Positions 39,545-49,069 of a stretch of 64,000 nt of DNA are shown here, piece by piece. The stretch spans positions 515,687-579,686 of the forward strand of contig JBAXXQ010000001.1 of assembly GCA_037127795.1 (NCBI GenBank), in the 5' to 3' direction. Source of the DNA: a bacterium. GTDB lineage: Bacteria > Patescibacteriota > Minisyncoccia > Phycocordibacterales > UBA9973. The first letter of the stretch is position 1. Every line of letters begins with the position of its first letter. Both the position numbers and the translations under genes were made by a program. The notes under the pieces are model-generated. The model was given only the letters and a program-made list of their open reading frames with translations. It was not told the DNA's origin and searched no databases.

Positions 39545-40251
39545 TATTTTTTCTCAAAATAACACACTACAGAACGACGACGAGCAGGCTTCCCTTTTAT
39601 GTGGTGCTTGTGAGATGCTTCTTTTTTCATACAAATAAAATTTTCTCCAAACGAAGCTTCGAGAGATTCGTCATCCCATACGTATTCGTAGACACCAAGC
39701 TTGGGATGTATATATGCATTTTTTTCATCTGCAGCATGCTCTTTGAGAAGCTCTCGAGTATGACTATCTCGCTCCATATAAAATGATTTGAAAAAAAGCA
39801 CTCCTTGCGGCTTCAATACGCGCGCAACTTCTTTGATAAATTGCTCGCGCTCTTTGTTTTTCAAAAAGTGACTTGCCATCATATCGAGTACTACATCTAC
39901 AGACTCGTCCTCAAGCGGTATCATATCTCCGACAGAGTGTACCTTAAATATGAGTTTGTTGCCGTGTTTTTGTTTTGCGGCTTGTGCGTGTGCCTGACTT
40001 ATACCCTCATCAGAAATATCATATCCAAATCCATTGATACCAAATTCACGATTCATCCAGAGCAAGTTGCGGCCATTACCACACCCTGCATCGAGGACAG
40101 CAATATCTGGGCGAAGCGCGTCTTTACCATACTCTTTGAGCATCCAACGACAAAATTTGACCAAGTCTGTACTCACCTCTTCAGAGAGCAAAAACATAGT
40201 TGGGTCTTTGTATTCTTTATTCCAAAATTCTTTAAGGCGTTTTTCATTCAT
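39544..40251 (-). CDS. class I SAM-dependent methyltransferase
   Basis: VLDAGCGNGRNLLWM motif I; acidic motif II (VVLDMM). Confidence 0.7.
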   Translation of the reverse strand: MNEKRLKEFWNKEYKDPTMFLLSEEVSTDLVKFCRWMLKEYGKDALRPDIAVLDAGCGNGRNLLWMNREFGINGFGYDISDEGISQAHAQAAKQKHGNKLIFKVHSVGDMIPLEDESVDVVLDMMASHFLKNKEREQFIKEVARVLKPQGVLFFKSFYMERDSHTRELLKEHAADEKNAYIHPKLGVYEYVWDDESLEASFGENFICMKKEASHKHHIKGKPARRRSVVCYFEKK

Positions 40252-40303
40252 AATGATAAGTATACTCTAAAAATCCCTCATAGATAGAGGGATTTTTATA
40301 TTT

Positions 40304-42109
40304 TTATTGATTCTTTGGGCGACGAGCGCGAGCGCGATCTGTCTCTGTGAGGTATTGCTTGCGAAGACGAACACTTTTTGGAGTTACTTCTAGGAATTCA
40401 TCATCTACCATAACTTCAAGTCCGCGCTCGATAGTCATAGTCCATGCTGGTACCAAAGTCACCGCTTCATCTGTTCCAGATGCACGCATGTTGGTAAGTT
40501 GTTTTCCTTTTGTTGGGTTCACTTTCATTTCTTCACCCTTTGAAGTATTTCCAATAACCATACCTTCATACACTTCTGTTTGTGGACCGATATAAAGGAC
40601 ACCACGATCTTGCAATCCCCAGAGTGCAAATGCAAGTGCTTTACCACTTTCCATAGACACCATAGATCCCACATTACGACGAGTGATTTCACCTGCGTAT
40701 TTTTGGAATCCTAATACACGAGCAGACATGATACCTTCCCCTTTTGTATCAACCAAAAATTGGTTTCTGTATCCGAGAAGTCCACGAGTAGGTCCTGTGA
40801 AGAGCATACGTACTGTAGTCGCATGAAGCTTCATATCAGACATAATAAATCCGCGCATACCAAGCTTTTCGATAATTACCCCTTGGAATTCTGCAGGTGC
40901 ATCGATAGTCACTTCTTCAAATGGCTCACTCTTTACCCCATCAATTTCTTTGATAATAACTTGTGGTTGTGATACTTGGATTTCATATCCTTCACGACGC
41001 ATTGTTTCGAGAAGCACTGCAATGTGCATTTCTCCACGACCGAATACTGTAAAACCTTCTGCAATACGATTTTCATTTGGAGAAAAATCAACTTTCAATC
41101 CAACGTTTACTTCAAGCTCTTTTTCGAGACGTTCACGAATTTGGCGACTTGTTACGAATTTTCCTTCCTTACCAGCGAATGGTGAGTTGTTAACCAAGAA
41201 ATCAAGCACGATTGTTGGCTCGTCGATAGAGATAGCAGGCAAAAGCTCAGCTTCTTTGTTTGTAGTAATAGTCTCTCCAATAAAGATGTCTGGAATACCA
41301 GCAATCATAACAATATCTCCAGCACTTGCTTCTGTTACTTCATTGCGTTCGATACCATGGAATGCAAACAATTTTACAATCTTACCACTACGATCTTCGC
41401 GACCAGCAGCTTTGATAAATACTGTCTCTCCTACTTTTGCAATACCTTCGTACACACGTCCTACCGCGAGACGGCCAAGGAAGTTGTCATATGCGAGGTT
41501 GAACGCTTGCATACGAAATAGTTTTGAAGTGTCGTTTGCGGCAACAGGAACTTTTTCCAAAATTGTTTCAAACAAAGGAGTAAGGTCAACACGAGGATCG
41601 TTTTCATTTTTCATTGCAACACCATCACGGCCTACAGCATACACAGTAGTGAAATCAAGCTGTTCATCTGTAGCACCAAGCTCAAGGAAGAGCTCAAATA
41701 CGCCATCATGTGTTTCTGCGCAGTTTGCACCTGGCTTATCGATCTTGTTGATAACAACAATAGGTTTGAGACCGAGCTCAAGAGATTTTTTCAATACGAA
41801 ACGAGTTTGTGGCATAGGACCTTCTTGCGCGTCTACAATAAGAAGCACTGAGTCGATAGAACGCAATACACGCTCTACTTCACTACCGAAGTCGGCGTGA
41901 CCTGGTGTGTCCACAATGTTGATTTTTGTACCCTTGTAATTAACCGCAGTATTCTTTGCATAAATAGTAATACCACGTTCTTGTTCAATTGCATTTGAGT
42001 CCATTGAAGCACCGTTGAGTACTTCACCACAAAATGCAAGCATTTTATCTGTTAATGTTGTTTTTCCATGGTCCACATGGGCAATAATTGCAATGTTTCG
42101 TATTTCCAT
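40304..42109 (-). CDS. typA: translational GTPase TypA/BipA
   Basis: IRNIAIIAHVDHGKTTL, DTPGHADF, NKIDK; length and C-terminal domain typical of BipA. Confidence 0.92.
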   Translation of the reverse strand: MEIRNIAIIAHVDHGKTTLTDKMLAFCGEVLNGASMDSNAIEQERGITIYAKNTAVNYKGTKINIVDTPGHADFGSEVERVLRSIDSVLLIVDAQEGPMPQTRFVLKKSLELGLKPIVVINKIDKPGANCAETHDGVFELFLELGATDEQLDFTTVYAVGRDGVAMKNENDPRVDLTPLFETILEKVPVAANDTSKLFRMQAFNLAYDNFLGRLAVGRVYEGIAKVGETVFIKAAGREDRSGKIVKLFAFHGIERNEVTEASAGDIVMIAGIPDIFIGETITTNKEAELLPAISIDEPTIVLDFLVNNSPFAGKEGKFVTSRQIRERLEKELEVNVGLKVDFSPNENRIAEGFTVFGRGEMHIAVLLETMRREGYEIQVSQPQVIIKEIDGVKSEPFEEVTIDAPAEFQGVIIEKLGMRGFIMSDMKLHATTVRMLFTGPTRGLLGYRNQFLVDTKGEGIMSARVLGFQKYAGEITRRNVGSMVSMESGKALAFALWGLQDRGVLYIGPQTEVYEGMVIGNTSKGEEMKVNPTKGKQLTNMRASGTDEAVTLVPAWTMTIERGLEVMVDDEFLEVTPKSVRLRKQYLTETDRARARRPKNQ

Positions 42110-42216
42110 AAGTGCACAATTATATCACAAGAATCCAGGAAAATCAAATATGATATACTATTTGACATACGGCCTAGCTGTATAAAAAATTATTAGTTCA
42201 TTTAGTTTATTATAGT

Positions 42217-42828
42217 ATGAAATCATTCAAGACACTTTCGGGTATTACCCTTTTATCAATTGCCCTGCCAGTTTTTGCTTTTGCACAAGATGCAACAGTA
42301 ACACAAACACCTAGTACAACAACATATAATGCAAGTTGTGCTTCTAGTGCGGTAATTGCACAAGAAAATAGTATCCAAGCATTACAAGATACTTTTGCAG
42401 CAAGTATGAAGACTGCTGCTATGGCTCGCCGCGACGCACTCGCTGCAGCATATCTCAATACAGATGCAACAGCTCGTGCTACTGCAATACAGGCAGCACA
42501 AGATACATTCCGTACCGCAGAACAAGCAGCTCGCAAGACACAAGGCGATGCAATGAAGACCTTGCAAGATAGTTTCAAAAAAACTATGGACGGCTGTGGT
42601 GCACAACTTCAAAAACCAGAAATGATGGAAGGAGGAGATGGGAAAGATAATCAAGATCACCAACAAATAACTAAAAATAATACCCCTAAAAAAACTCCCA
42701 TACAAAAAGAAAAGAAAGGAGGAAAGAATGATAAAAAAGATAAGAAGGCTCCTAAAAAAATGATGCAGCCAAATCAAGATATTCAAAATACTCGCCCAGT
42801 AGACAACACTACAACTCCTCAACAATAA
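42217..42828 (+). CDS. secreted Ala/Gln/Thr-rich protein with Lys-rich tail; paralog-like to 22547..22939
   Basis: Signal peptide ending VFAFAQDAT (the other gene ends TTSFAQDAS); helical Ala-rich body; KKGGKNDKKDKKAPKK tail. Confidence 0.5.
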   Translation: MKSFKTLSGITLLSIALPVFAFAQDATVTQTPSTTTYNASCASSAVIAQENSIQALQDTFAASMKTAAMARRDALAAAYLNTDATARATAIQAAQDTFRTAEQAARKTQGDAMKTLQDSFKKTMDGCGAQLQKPEMMEGGDGKDNQDHQQITKNNTPKKTPIQKEKKGGKNDKKDKKAPKKMMQPNQDIQNTRPVDNTTTPQQ

Positions 42829-42840
42829 TTTTTTATCTCT

Positions 42841-42876
42841 AAAAACACCTCGTGCAAAACGAGGTGTTTTTCTTTG
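42841..42876. terminator. bidirectional rho-independent terminator
   Basis: AACACCTCG/CGAGGTGTT stem followed by TTTTTCTTTG. Confidence 0.7.
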
Positions 42877-42878
42877 TA

Positions 42879-43199
42879 TTAAAATTGCATCAATGCAACA
42901 GCAACGACACCTAATGCAATACCAATCCTCGCAATAGTACTCACCTGCTCTTTGAATATCAGCAACCCAACAAGACTCACTACAATAAGATTGACTACAG
43001 TAAATATAGAAATTGCTTTTGATAAGAACTCATATTTGAGCGATATTGCCCACAAAATAGTACTAATAGTATAAATACCAAATCCTATCCAGAGCATATA
43101 TGGATGATGTTTCAAATAAGAAAACCGAAACAATACATCAGCACAAGATTCAAACAATACTGCGACCAACACTGCCAATAAAAAAATTTGTTTATTCAT
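42879..43199 (-). CDS. SMR/EmrE-family small multidrug-resistance-type transporter
   Basis: 106 aa with 4 TM helices and the conserved TM1 glutamate (LFESCADVL). Confidence 0.55.
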   Translation of the reverse strand: MNKQIFLLAVLVAVLFESCADVLFRFSYLKHHPYMLWIGFGIYTISTILWAISLKYEFLSKAISIFTVVNLIVVSLVGLLIFKEQVSTIARIGIALGVVAVALMQF

Positions 43200-43204
43200 T
43201 AGAA

Positions 43205-44029
43205 TTATTTTAACACAACCTTATATACTTTTTCACAAGGACCTTGTGTACAGCGTCTACGAGTAAATGTTTTTATATCTTGTAGTGATATATCGTTTGC
43301 CTTGAATGCTTCTAATTGTGATGGATACAAAGATATACTATGGATCTTGTCGACGAGTTCTTTTTTATTCAAAAAAATGTTTTTTTCTTGTAGTAAAAAA
43401 CCTTTCATTGCTGAAGTGAATACTTCTATAAGAGGTGTTTTATTTGTTTTGAAATACGTATACGAATACGGCATGTCCTCAAACATATACCATGATGCAT
43501 TAGGAAATTCTTTTTTTTGTATCATATCGAGTGCGATGTTGTGTATCAGCACATGATCTGGATGAGAAATCGCATCTCCAAAATATGCAGGAAAATAAAT
43601 ATGTACATCACCTTCCATACCTTCTTCAGTAATAATTTTCTCTATATCTTTTTCTATAGATTGTTGCAATCCTGTCGTATCAGGATCGGTACGATATTGC
43701 ATATCAAGATAATCAAGACTCACATAACTTGCTTTGAGATATTCTAGTGCAGCATCATTTTCTTGTATTCGTGCTGCGACAGCACTATCACTTGAAGAAA
43801 AACCAGACTCTGTATCCCAAGTAGTTTTTTGATCCACGGCAGGCTTACCAGAAAATACTGTTATAACAATTTTGTTGTGAGTACTTTTTGCAAGCATACC
43901 CCCTACTGGAAGCGCCGCATCATCAAAATGTGGAGACAACACTATATCAGTCGTCGGTATAGTCCGTGCATATGCACGAGAATGTAGAGAAAGAACTACT
44001 ATAAAAATGTACAATATCTTTTTTACCAT
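43205..44029 (-). CDS. PIG-L/LmbE-family deacetylase, secreted
   Basis: Signal peptide; SPHFDDAAL (PIG-L motif 1) and HPDH metal-binding motif. Confidence 0.6.
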   Translation of the reverse strand: MVKKILYIFIVVLSLHSRAYARTIPTTDIVLSPHFDDAALPVGGMLAKSTHNKIVITVFSGKPAVDQKTTWDTESGFSSSDSAVAARIQENDAALEYLKASYVSLDYLDMQYRTDPDTTGLQQSIEKDIEKIITEEGMEGDVHIYFPAYFGDAISHPDHVLIHNIALDMIQKKEFPNASWYMFEDMPYSYTYFKTNKTPLIEVFTSAMKGFLLQEKNIFLNKKELVDKIHSISLYPSQLEAFKANDISLQDIKTFTRRRCTQGPCEKVYKVVLK

Positions 44030-44035
44030 ATAAGG

Positions 44036-44107
<72 letters not shown>

Positions 44108-44162
44108 ACTTTTTGTGCACATAAAACGTAACACAAAAAGAACTTTTTTTCAATCTACTGTA

Positions 44163-44516
44163 TTACCTAAATAATACAAACATTTGCACGATAAACGATA
44201 CAGTGATCAAACTAGTCGTACCTATACTCCATACTTTTTCTGAAACAGAAATATTGAGATACTTTTTCAAATAATATGGAATAAATAAATTGTCATTATA
44301 ATTTCCAATATTATATTTTTTTCGTAATCTCCATTCGTACTCAGTGAGGATACATGTTCCCCTATTGAGCAACCCAAATAAAAATGTAAGTATCACCGTC
44401 GTCTGATACATCCACAACAAATGCGTAGGAAGTAACCATCCCAAAAGGATCATCAATACTACGAAGATATGAAATGCTAACACGAGGTCTGCAATGTTTT
44501 TATATACTCGTCCCAT
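44163..44516 (-). CDS. hypothetical membrane protein (117 aa)
   Basis: Three TM helices; no motif recognised. Confidence 0.35.
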   Translation of the reverse strand: MGRVYKNIADLVLAFHIFVVLMILLGWLLPTHLLWMYQTTVILTFLFGLLNRGTCILTEYEWRLRKKYNIGNYNDNLFIPYYLKKYLNISVSEKVWSIGTTSLITVSFIVQMFVLFR

Positions 44517-44539
44517 ACGAATACATAGAGTATAGCAAA

Positions 44540-45928
44540 TTAAATAAATGTAAGTGCTGTACCAGACTTTGTTCCACGTCCTGTACGGCCGATACGGTGT
44601 ACGTATGTGTCGTATGTAGAAGGGATATCGTAATTGATAACGTGTGAGATATCTGGGATATCAATACCACGAGCTGCAACATCTGTCGCAATCACAATAT
44701 GTGCATCACCTGTAGCGAGAGCACGCACTGCACGCTCACGTTCTCGGTTTCGCATATCGCCATGGAGCGCAAGCGCTTTGAATCCACGATTTTGGAGCTC
44801 ATCTGCGAGATCATCAACACTACGTTTTGTTTCTCGGAAAATAAGTACCTTGTTTGCATGTGGTTGTATCAAGATATCATGGAGTTGATCAATCTTTTTT
44901 GCACGATCAATAACACGCACTACGTTTTGATCTACAGAGCTTGCTGTATCACGAGACGGGATAGTGATAGTAACTGGATCTTTCAAGAAGTCTACACAGA
45001 GACGTTTGATCTCTGGAGAAAATGTCGCAGAGAAGAAAAGACTTTGGCGACTATCAGGCATTTGTCCCAAGATGTAGCGCATATCTTCGATAAATCCCAT
45101 ATCCAACATACGGTCTGCTTCATCGAGTACGATACTGTGGAATTCACGCATAACGATCTTGTTTCTGTCGATCAAATCTTTTACACGTCCTGGTGTACCA
45201 ATTACTACATGTACTCCACGAGAAAGCTCACTCATTTGTTTTCCAATTGGTGCTCCTCCTACACAAGACACACTAAAAAGTCTCATACCTTTTGCAAAGA
45301 TTCTAAACTCAGTTTCGATTTGTTGTGCGAGCTCACGAGTTGGCGCGAGTACCATAACTTTTTGCTCACGATTTTTCATAAGCTTGTTTATAAGTGGGAT
45401 CAAAAATGCAGCAGTCTTTCCGGTACCTGTACTTGCAATACCAACCACATCAACACCAGTATTTACTACAGGGATTGCTTGATCTTGAATTGGTGAAGGA
45501 GTAGTGAATCCTTTTGCTTCGAGATTTGCGAGCATGATACCACTAGTAGTGAAATCAGCGAACGTATGTGTCGATACATATGTTTCTTCTTCTTTTGGAA
45601 TTGCTTTATTGATAAATTTATTTACATCGATAAAATCTTTTCGTGCATTATTTTTGCGACGTGGTGCGCCAAAGCGAGACCCTCCACCAAAAGATGAGCG
45701 GCCACCGCCAAAACTAGAACCACCAGCAGATCCATATGATCTACGAGGCGCATATCCTGCACTACTATTTGATCGTCCATAGCCACTTCCTGAAGAAGCT
45801 GTATCTGACACACGTGAAAATCTACCAGAACTAGCCGGGCGAGATGATGACGAATTTGTTGTTGTTGAGAAACGACGAGGGCGCGCGCTTGAAGCACTGC
45901 CCGATCCATTTCGGGTATTTGTATACAT
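44540..45928 (-). CDS. DEAD-box ATP-dependent RNA helicase with N-terminal Arg/Ser/Gly-rich extension
   Basis: Q-motif PSPIQ, GTGKTAAF, DEAD (VLDEADRM), SAT, HRIGRTGR. About 95 aa of N-terminal SG/RGG-like low complexity. Confidence 0.9.
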   Translation of the reverse strand: MYTNTRNGSGSASSARPRRFSTTTNSSSSRPASSGRFSRVSDTASSGSGYGRSNSSAGYAPRRSYGSAGGSSFGGGRSSFGGGSRFGAPRRKNNARKDFIDVNKFINKAIPKEEETYVSTHTFADFTTSGIMLANLEAKGFTTPSPIQDQAIPVVNTGVDVVGIASTGTGKTAAFLIPLINKLMKNREQKVMVLAPTRELAQQIETEFRIFAKGMRLFSVSCVGGAPIGKQMSELSRGVHVVIGTPGRVKDLIDRNKIVMREFHSIVLDEADRMLDMGFIEDMRYILGQMPDSRQSLFFSATFSPEIKRLCVDFLKDPVTITIPSRDTASSVDQNVVRVIDRAKKIDQLHDILIQPHANKVLIFRETKRSVDDLADELQNRGFKALALHGDMRNRERERAVRALATGDAHIVIATDVAARGIDIPDISHVINYDIPSTYDTYVHRIGRTGRGTKSGTALTFI

Positions 45929-46054
45929 GGTGTTTGTGTATCTCTATCGATCACACAAGTACGTTTGCACTACCATGATACTAAGAGAAATTATTTAATT
46001 AATTTTCGAACGTTTTGAGTATAGCATATTCGACTATACTTGTCAATAAAAGCC

Positions 46055-46690
46055 TTAATTTACATTGCGAGGATCAAAGCGTGGTGGTGCCCAGTGTTTG
46101 AGTGATTTTAACTCACCACCAAAGATTCCAGCATCAATAGTAGCAGTAAGTACTGCGCGCATACATTGATAATCCGCATTGAAATCATGTGTTCCCGCAA
46201 GCCATTCTACAGACTCCCCTTCGCGCTCTCCTGCAGCATCAAGCTCTTCAAAAATTTCTTGTGGAGAAAACCATTTTACTGATTCTATTTCTGATGTTTG
46301 TAATACGAGGTCTTCAATATTGCCTGTGTACACAGTAATGAAGTCACGTACCCAAATACGAGATACTTCTTTTTTACTCGTACGCCATGCAATAAGCTGA
46401 AATGCATTTACTTTGAGACCAAGCTCTTCTTCAAGCTCTTTGAGTGCACCGATTTTGAAAGATTCTCCTTCTACAACATGTCCACCAAAGTGTGTTGACC
46501 ATGCACCAGGAAAACGCTCTTTGTTTTTTGAACGTTCATGACAAAGAATTTCTCCTTTTTCATTAAGTATAAAAATATTTGTAGTACGACACCACAAACG
46601 ATCTCGGATAAGCACACTCCGTGGTACGAGCTCACCTGTTGGTTCTCCTGTGTCTTTGTCTACTACTTGCAATAATTCATCATGTGCCAT
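46055..46690 (-). CDS. NUDIX hydrolase
   Basis: Nudix box GGHVVEGESFKIGALKELEEELGL. Confidence 0.8.
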   Translation of the reverse strand: MAHDELLQVVDKDTGEPTGELVPRSVLIRDRLWCRTTNIFILNEKGEILCHERSKNKERFPGAWSTHFGGHVVEGESFKIGALKELEEELGLKVNAFQLIAWRTSKKEVSRIWVRDFITVYTGNIEDLVLQTSEIESVKWFSPQEIFEELDAAGEREGESVEWLAGTHDFNADYQCMRAVLTATIDAGIFGGELKSLKHWAPPRFDPRNVN

Positions 46691-46800
46691 AAATATGTTT
46701 TTTTGTTTTTAATTAAGAAATAAATTGATAGGGGTATTACTATACCAAAAAAAAATAAGAAAAACCACCCTTATATAAAGAGTGGTTTTTTATTTAATAC

Positions 46801-47817
46801 TTAAAGATTTGATTCAAGCTCAATGAGTTTCTTTACACCGTTATACAGCTCAAGATATATATCTCTTTCAGTAATACCAAGTCTTCGCTTATTTGAAATA
46901 TCATATATCCCATCAGCAGACTCTGAGTGCTCCCCATGAACACCACGAATAGAAAGACCTAGACCCTTACAAATACTTTCAAAATTTTCCTGCATAGAAA
47001 GTTTTGGAATTTTAATATGAACAGAGGCTCTCATTGCTGTACCCAGATTTGTTGGACATGTTGTATGGTATCCACGAATATCATCAAATGCAAAAGAAAT
47101 CTTTGTATTGATGGTATCAAGCGCTGTCGCAAGTCTAATAAAAACTTCTGCAATATTTGCACCTTGTTGCATACTTATAATACGCATACTATCTTCTTCA
47201 GAAATCCATACTAAAAACTTTTTGTCTGCAGAAAAAAATATTCCACGAGAATCAGGCCAGTCACGATTAACACCAACGCTTTCCAAAAATCTATCTCCTT
47301 GTTTAAATAAAAAATGATCTTGAATCATTTGATTTCGTTGATCATCAGACATTGTTGCAAGTCCAAAATACTGTCCAGCAAGTCCATCAGGAAGAGTATC
47401 TAAGACAGATACTATTTCTTTTTCAAGATTTTTACGATCTTCAGTACTTATAGCTGTCGGAAATGCATATTTTGCAAAATTACGACCTACTCTAATACGA
47501 GTAGAGACTACGAACTTACCTTCAGGATCTAAATTCTCTATAGGAAGCCCTTCAAGAGAAAAATCGCTCTTATGTCCACCCATATCGTATTTGTGATACT
47601 CTCTAATCACAGGATCAAAAAGCATACCAAGCATACTATATGATTCAGGATCACCTGCATATACACCAATACTTGAATCAATATTATCAACACCAGACTG
47701 GATAGCTTTTTCAAAAGTCCAACCATGCGGAGTGATTACATTTTTCAAAGATTCTTTTACGTCTGCCGTAGCAAACCTTGTCATTAACATGTTTTCATTT
47801 CTTTTTCTTTCAATCAT
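46801..47817 (-). CDS. phosphagen (arginine) kinase, eukaryote-type ATP:guanido phosphotransferase
   Basis: CPTNLGTAMRASVH, EEDSMRIISMQQG, NRDWPDSRGIF, and N-terminal QSGVDNIDSSIGVYAGDPESY...FDPVIREYHK. Confidence 0.8.
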   Translation of the reverse strand: MIERKRNENMLMTRFATADVKESLKNVITPHGWTFEKAIQSGVDNIDSSIGVYAGDPESYSMLGMLFDPVIREYHKYDMGGHKSDFSLEGLPIENLDPEGKFVVSTRIRVGRNFAKYAFPTAISTEDRKNLEKEIVSVLDTLPDGLAGQYFGLATMSDDQRNQMIQDHFLFKQGDRFLESVGVNRDWPDSRGIFFSADKKFLVWISEEDSMRIISMQQGANIAEVFIRLATALDTINTKISFAFDDIRGYHTTCPTNLGTAMRASVHIKIPKLSMQENFESICKGLGLSIRGVHGEHSESADGIYDISNKRRLGITERDIYLELYNGVKKLIELESNL

Positions 47818-47925
47818 AACGAACTTTTTTAATTTAAACCCATCATAAATCTTAATAAGATTTTGTCAATAATTTATACTATTCGAATAATGTTTTCATT
47901 GTACTGTATTTATAATATACCTACA

Positions 47926-47962
47926 ATAAAAAACACTCCTGCTTTCACAAAAGTGTTTTTTA
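47926..47962 (-). terminator. rho-independent terminator downstream of the tRNA-Asp/Met/fMet cluster
   Basis: AAAAACACT/AGTGTTTTT stem followed by a T-run on the minus strand. Confidence 0.6.
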
Positions 47963-47966
47963 TATT

Positions 47967-48043
47967 TGGCGCAAACGGCGGGGCTCGAACCCGTAACCTC
48001 CCGCGTGACAGGCGGGTGCTCTAACCAGTTGAGCTACGTCTGC
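47967..48043 (-). tRNA. tRNA-Asp (anticodon GUC), CCA encoded
   Basis: Anticodon loop CTGTCAC, T-loop TTCGAGC, 3-prime ...GCGCCA. Confidence 0.85.
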
Positions 48044-48085
48044 AATATTATTTTATACAGATACGATATCATAGTATCTGTATTG

Positions 48086-48159
48086 TGTCGACGGGTGGGC
48101 ACGATCCACCGACCTTAGCGTTATGAGTGCTACGCTCTAACCAGCTGAGCTACGCCGAC
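48086..48159 (-). tRNA. tRNA-Met elongator (anticodon CAU); tRNA-Ile2 (lysidine) not excluded
   Basis: G1:C72, anticodon loop CTCATAA, D-arm GCTCAGCTGGTTAGAGC. Confidence 0.75.
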
Positions 48160-48354
48160 ATCGTTCGAGCAATTCCGAGCACGCTCGCAATTGTCTCACT
48201 CGTCGACGGAAGCTCTGCTTACATCAACAAGTGAGGAGTAAACACAAATATATTTGCGATTTATCCGAACGCCGTTGATGGAAGTTTTACTTACAAGCCG
48301 ACAAGACTTCTTTTCAACCGGCAACTAGTTTTTAGACATGTCACCTGTCGAATG

Positions 48355-48425
48355 TTGCGGGGACAGGAATCGAACCTGTGTCTTAAGGTTATGAGCCTTA
48401 CGAGATACCACTTCTCTACCCCGCG
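48355..48425 (-). tRNA. initiator tRNA-fMet (anticodon CAU)
   Basis: CGCGGGG 5-prime end with C1xA72 mismatch, A73 discriminator, anticodon loop CTCATAA with GG/CC closing pairs. Confidence 0.8.
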
Positions 48426-48441
48426 ATATCAGTACTTTTGC

Positions 48442-48470
48442 AGTATACAAAAAGAGGCCGTATTAGTCAA
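48442..48470 (-). promoter_or_regulatory. sigma-70-type promoter for the tRNA cluster (TTGACT-17-TATACT)
   Basis: Minus-strand TTGACT (48470-48465), 17-bp spacer, TATACT (48447-48442), about 17 nt upstream of tRNA-fMet. Confidence 0.55.
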
Positions 48471-49062
48471 TCAGACCAAGATCTCTAAATACTATTTCGT
48501 AATATGACAATGCGCGACGAGCTTCTGGCTGTGTCAGTACATACCCCGCGCCTTCATGCGCAATAAGATTTCGTATTTTGTGCCCTTCCCATGCGAGCTG
48601 TATAGATGGCAATTGTGTCTCTTTTATTTTTTTCAATTTATCTCCCAATGTATCTCCATAAAATCCTTGTAAGTCGAGAGACTTATCAAGATAAATATCC
48701 GCCTCAATAATAGCAATACGCCACTCGCTAGTATTATCAGAAAGTATACGAGATCGTATATGTTCCCATGTTTCGTTTTTTACCGGAGCTCCATCAAAAC
48801 CTGCCGTTGTAGCAACAGCTTCTTCTGCAGCAACTTTTTTTGTACCAGCAGGGTGTTGCAATTCATACAATAATACAAGCAAGTACAAAATACCTGTAAT
48901 AAGCGCAATCACGAGAAGTGATGCAATTATTTTTAAGAGATAAAAAAAGTTTTCAGAAAAAAGATAATTAAAAAATCCAGCAGTCGCGCGATAAAACAAA
49001 AAGAATATATATTCTAGATTTACGAAGATTGGTTGTTGCGGAATACTTGCTGTTGCTCCCAT
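48463..49062 (-). CDS. hypothetical membrane-anchored protein with Rx4H (HEPN-like) motif
   Basis: N-terminal hydrophobic segments; a soluble domain containing HKIRNLIAHEGAG (R-x4-H). Confidence 0.35.
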   Translation of the reverse strand: MGATASIPQQPIFVNLEYIFFLFYRATAGFFNYLFSENFFYLLKIIASLLVIALITGILYLLVLLYELQHPAGTKKVAAEEAVATTAGFDGAPVKNETWEHIRSRILSDNTSEWRIAIIEADIYLDKSLDLQGFYGDTLGDKLKKIKETQLPSIQLAWEGHKIRNLIAHEGAGYVLTQPEARRALSYYEIVFRDLGLID

Positions 49063-49069
49063 ATATACA

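Noticed and set aside
40950-41900. 316-aa plus-strand ORF antisense to typA
   Set aside because: A long open antisense frame in a conserved GTPase gene, with Ser/Pro/Ala/Arg-rich low-complexity translation. Spurious.
44110-44140. TTTTTGTG...CACAAAAA inverted repeat between tRNA-Thr(GGU) and ORF 44163
   Set aside because: Only A/T-rich arms with a weak stem. It could be a terminator for ORF 44163..44516 on the minus strand, but the downstream minus sequence is not T-rich. Not called.
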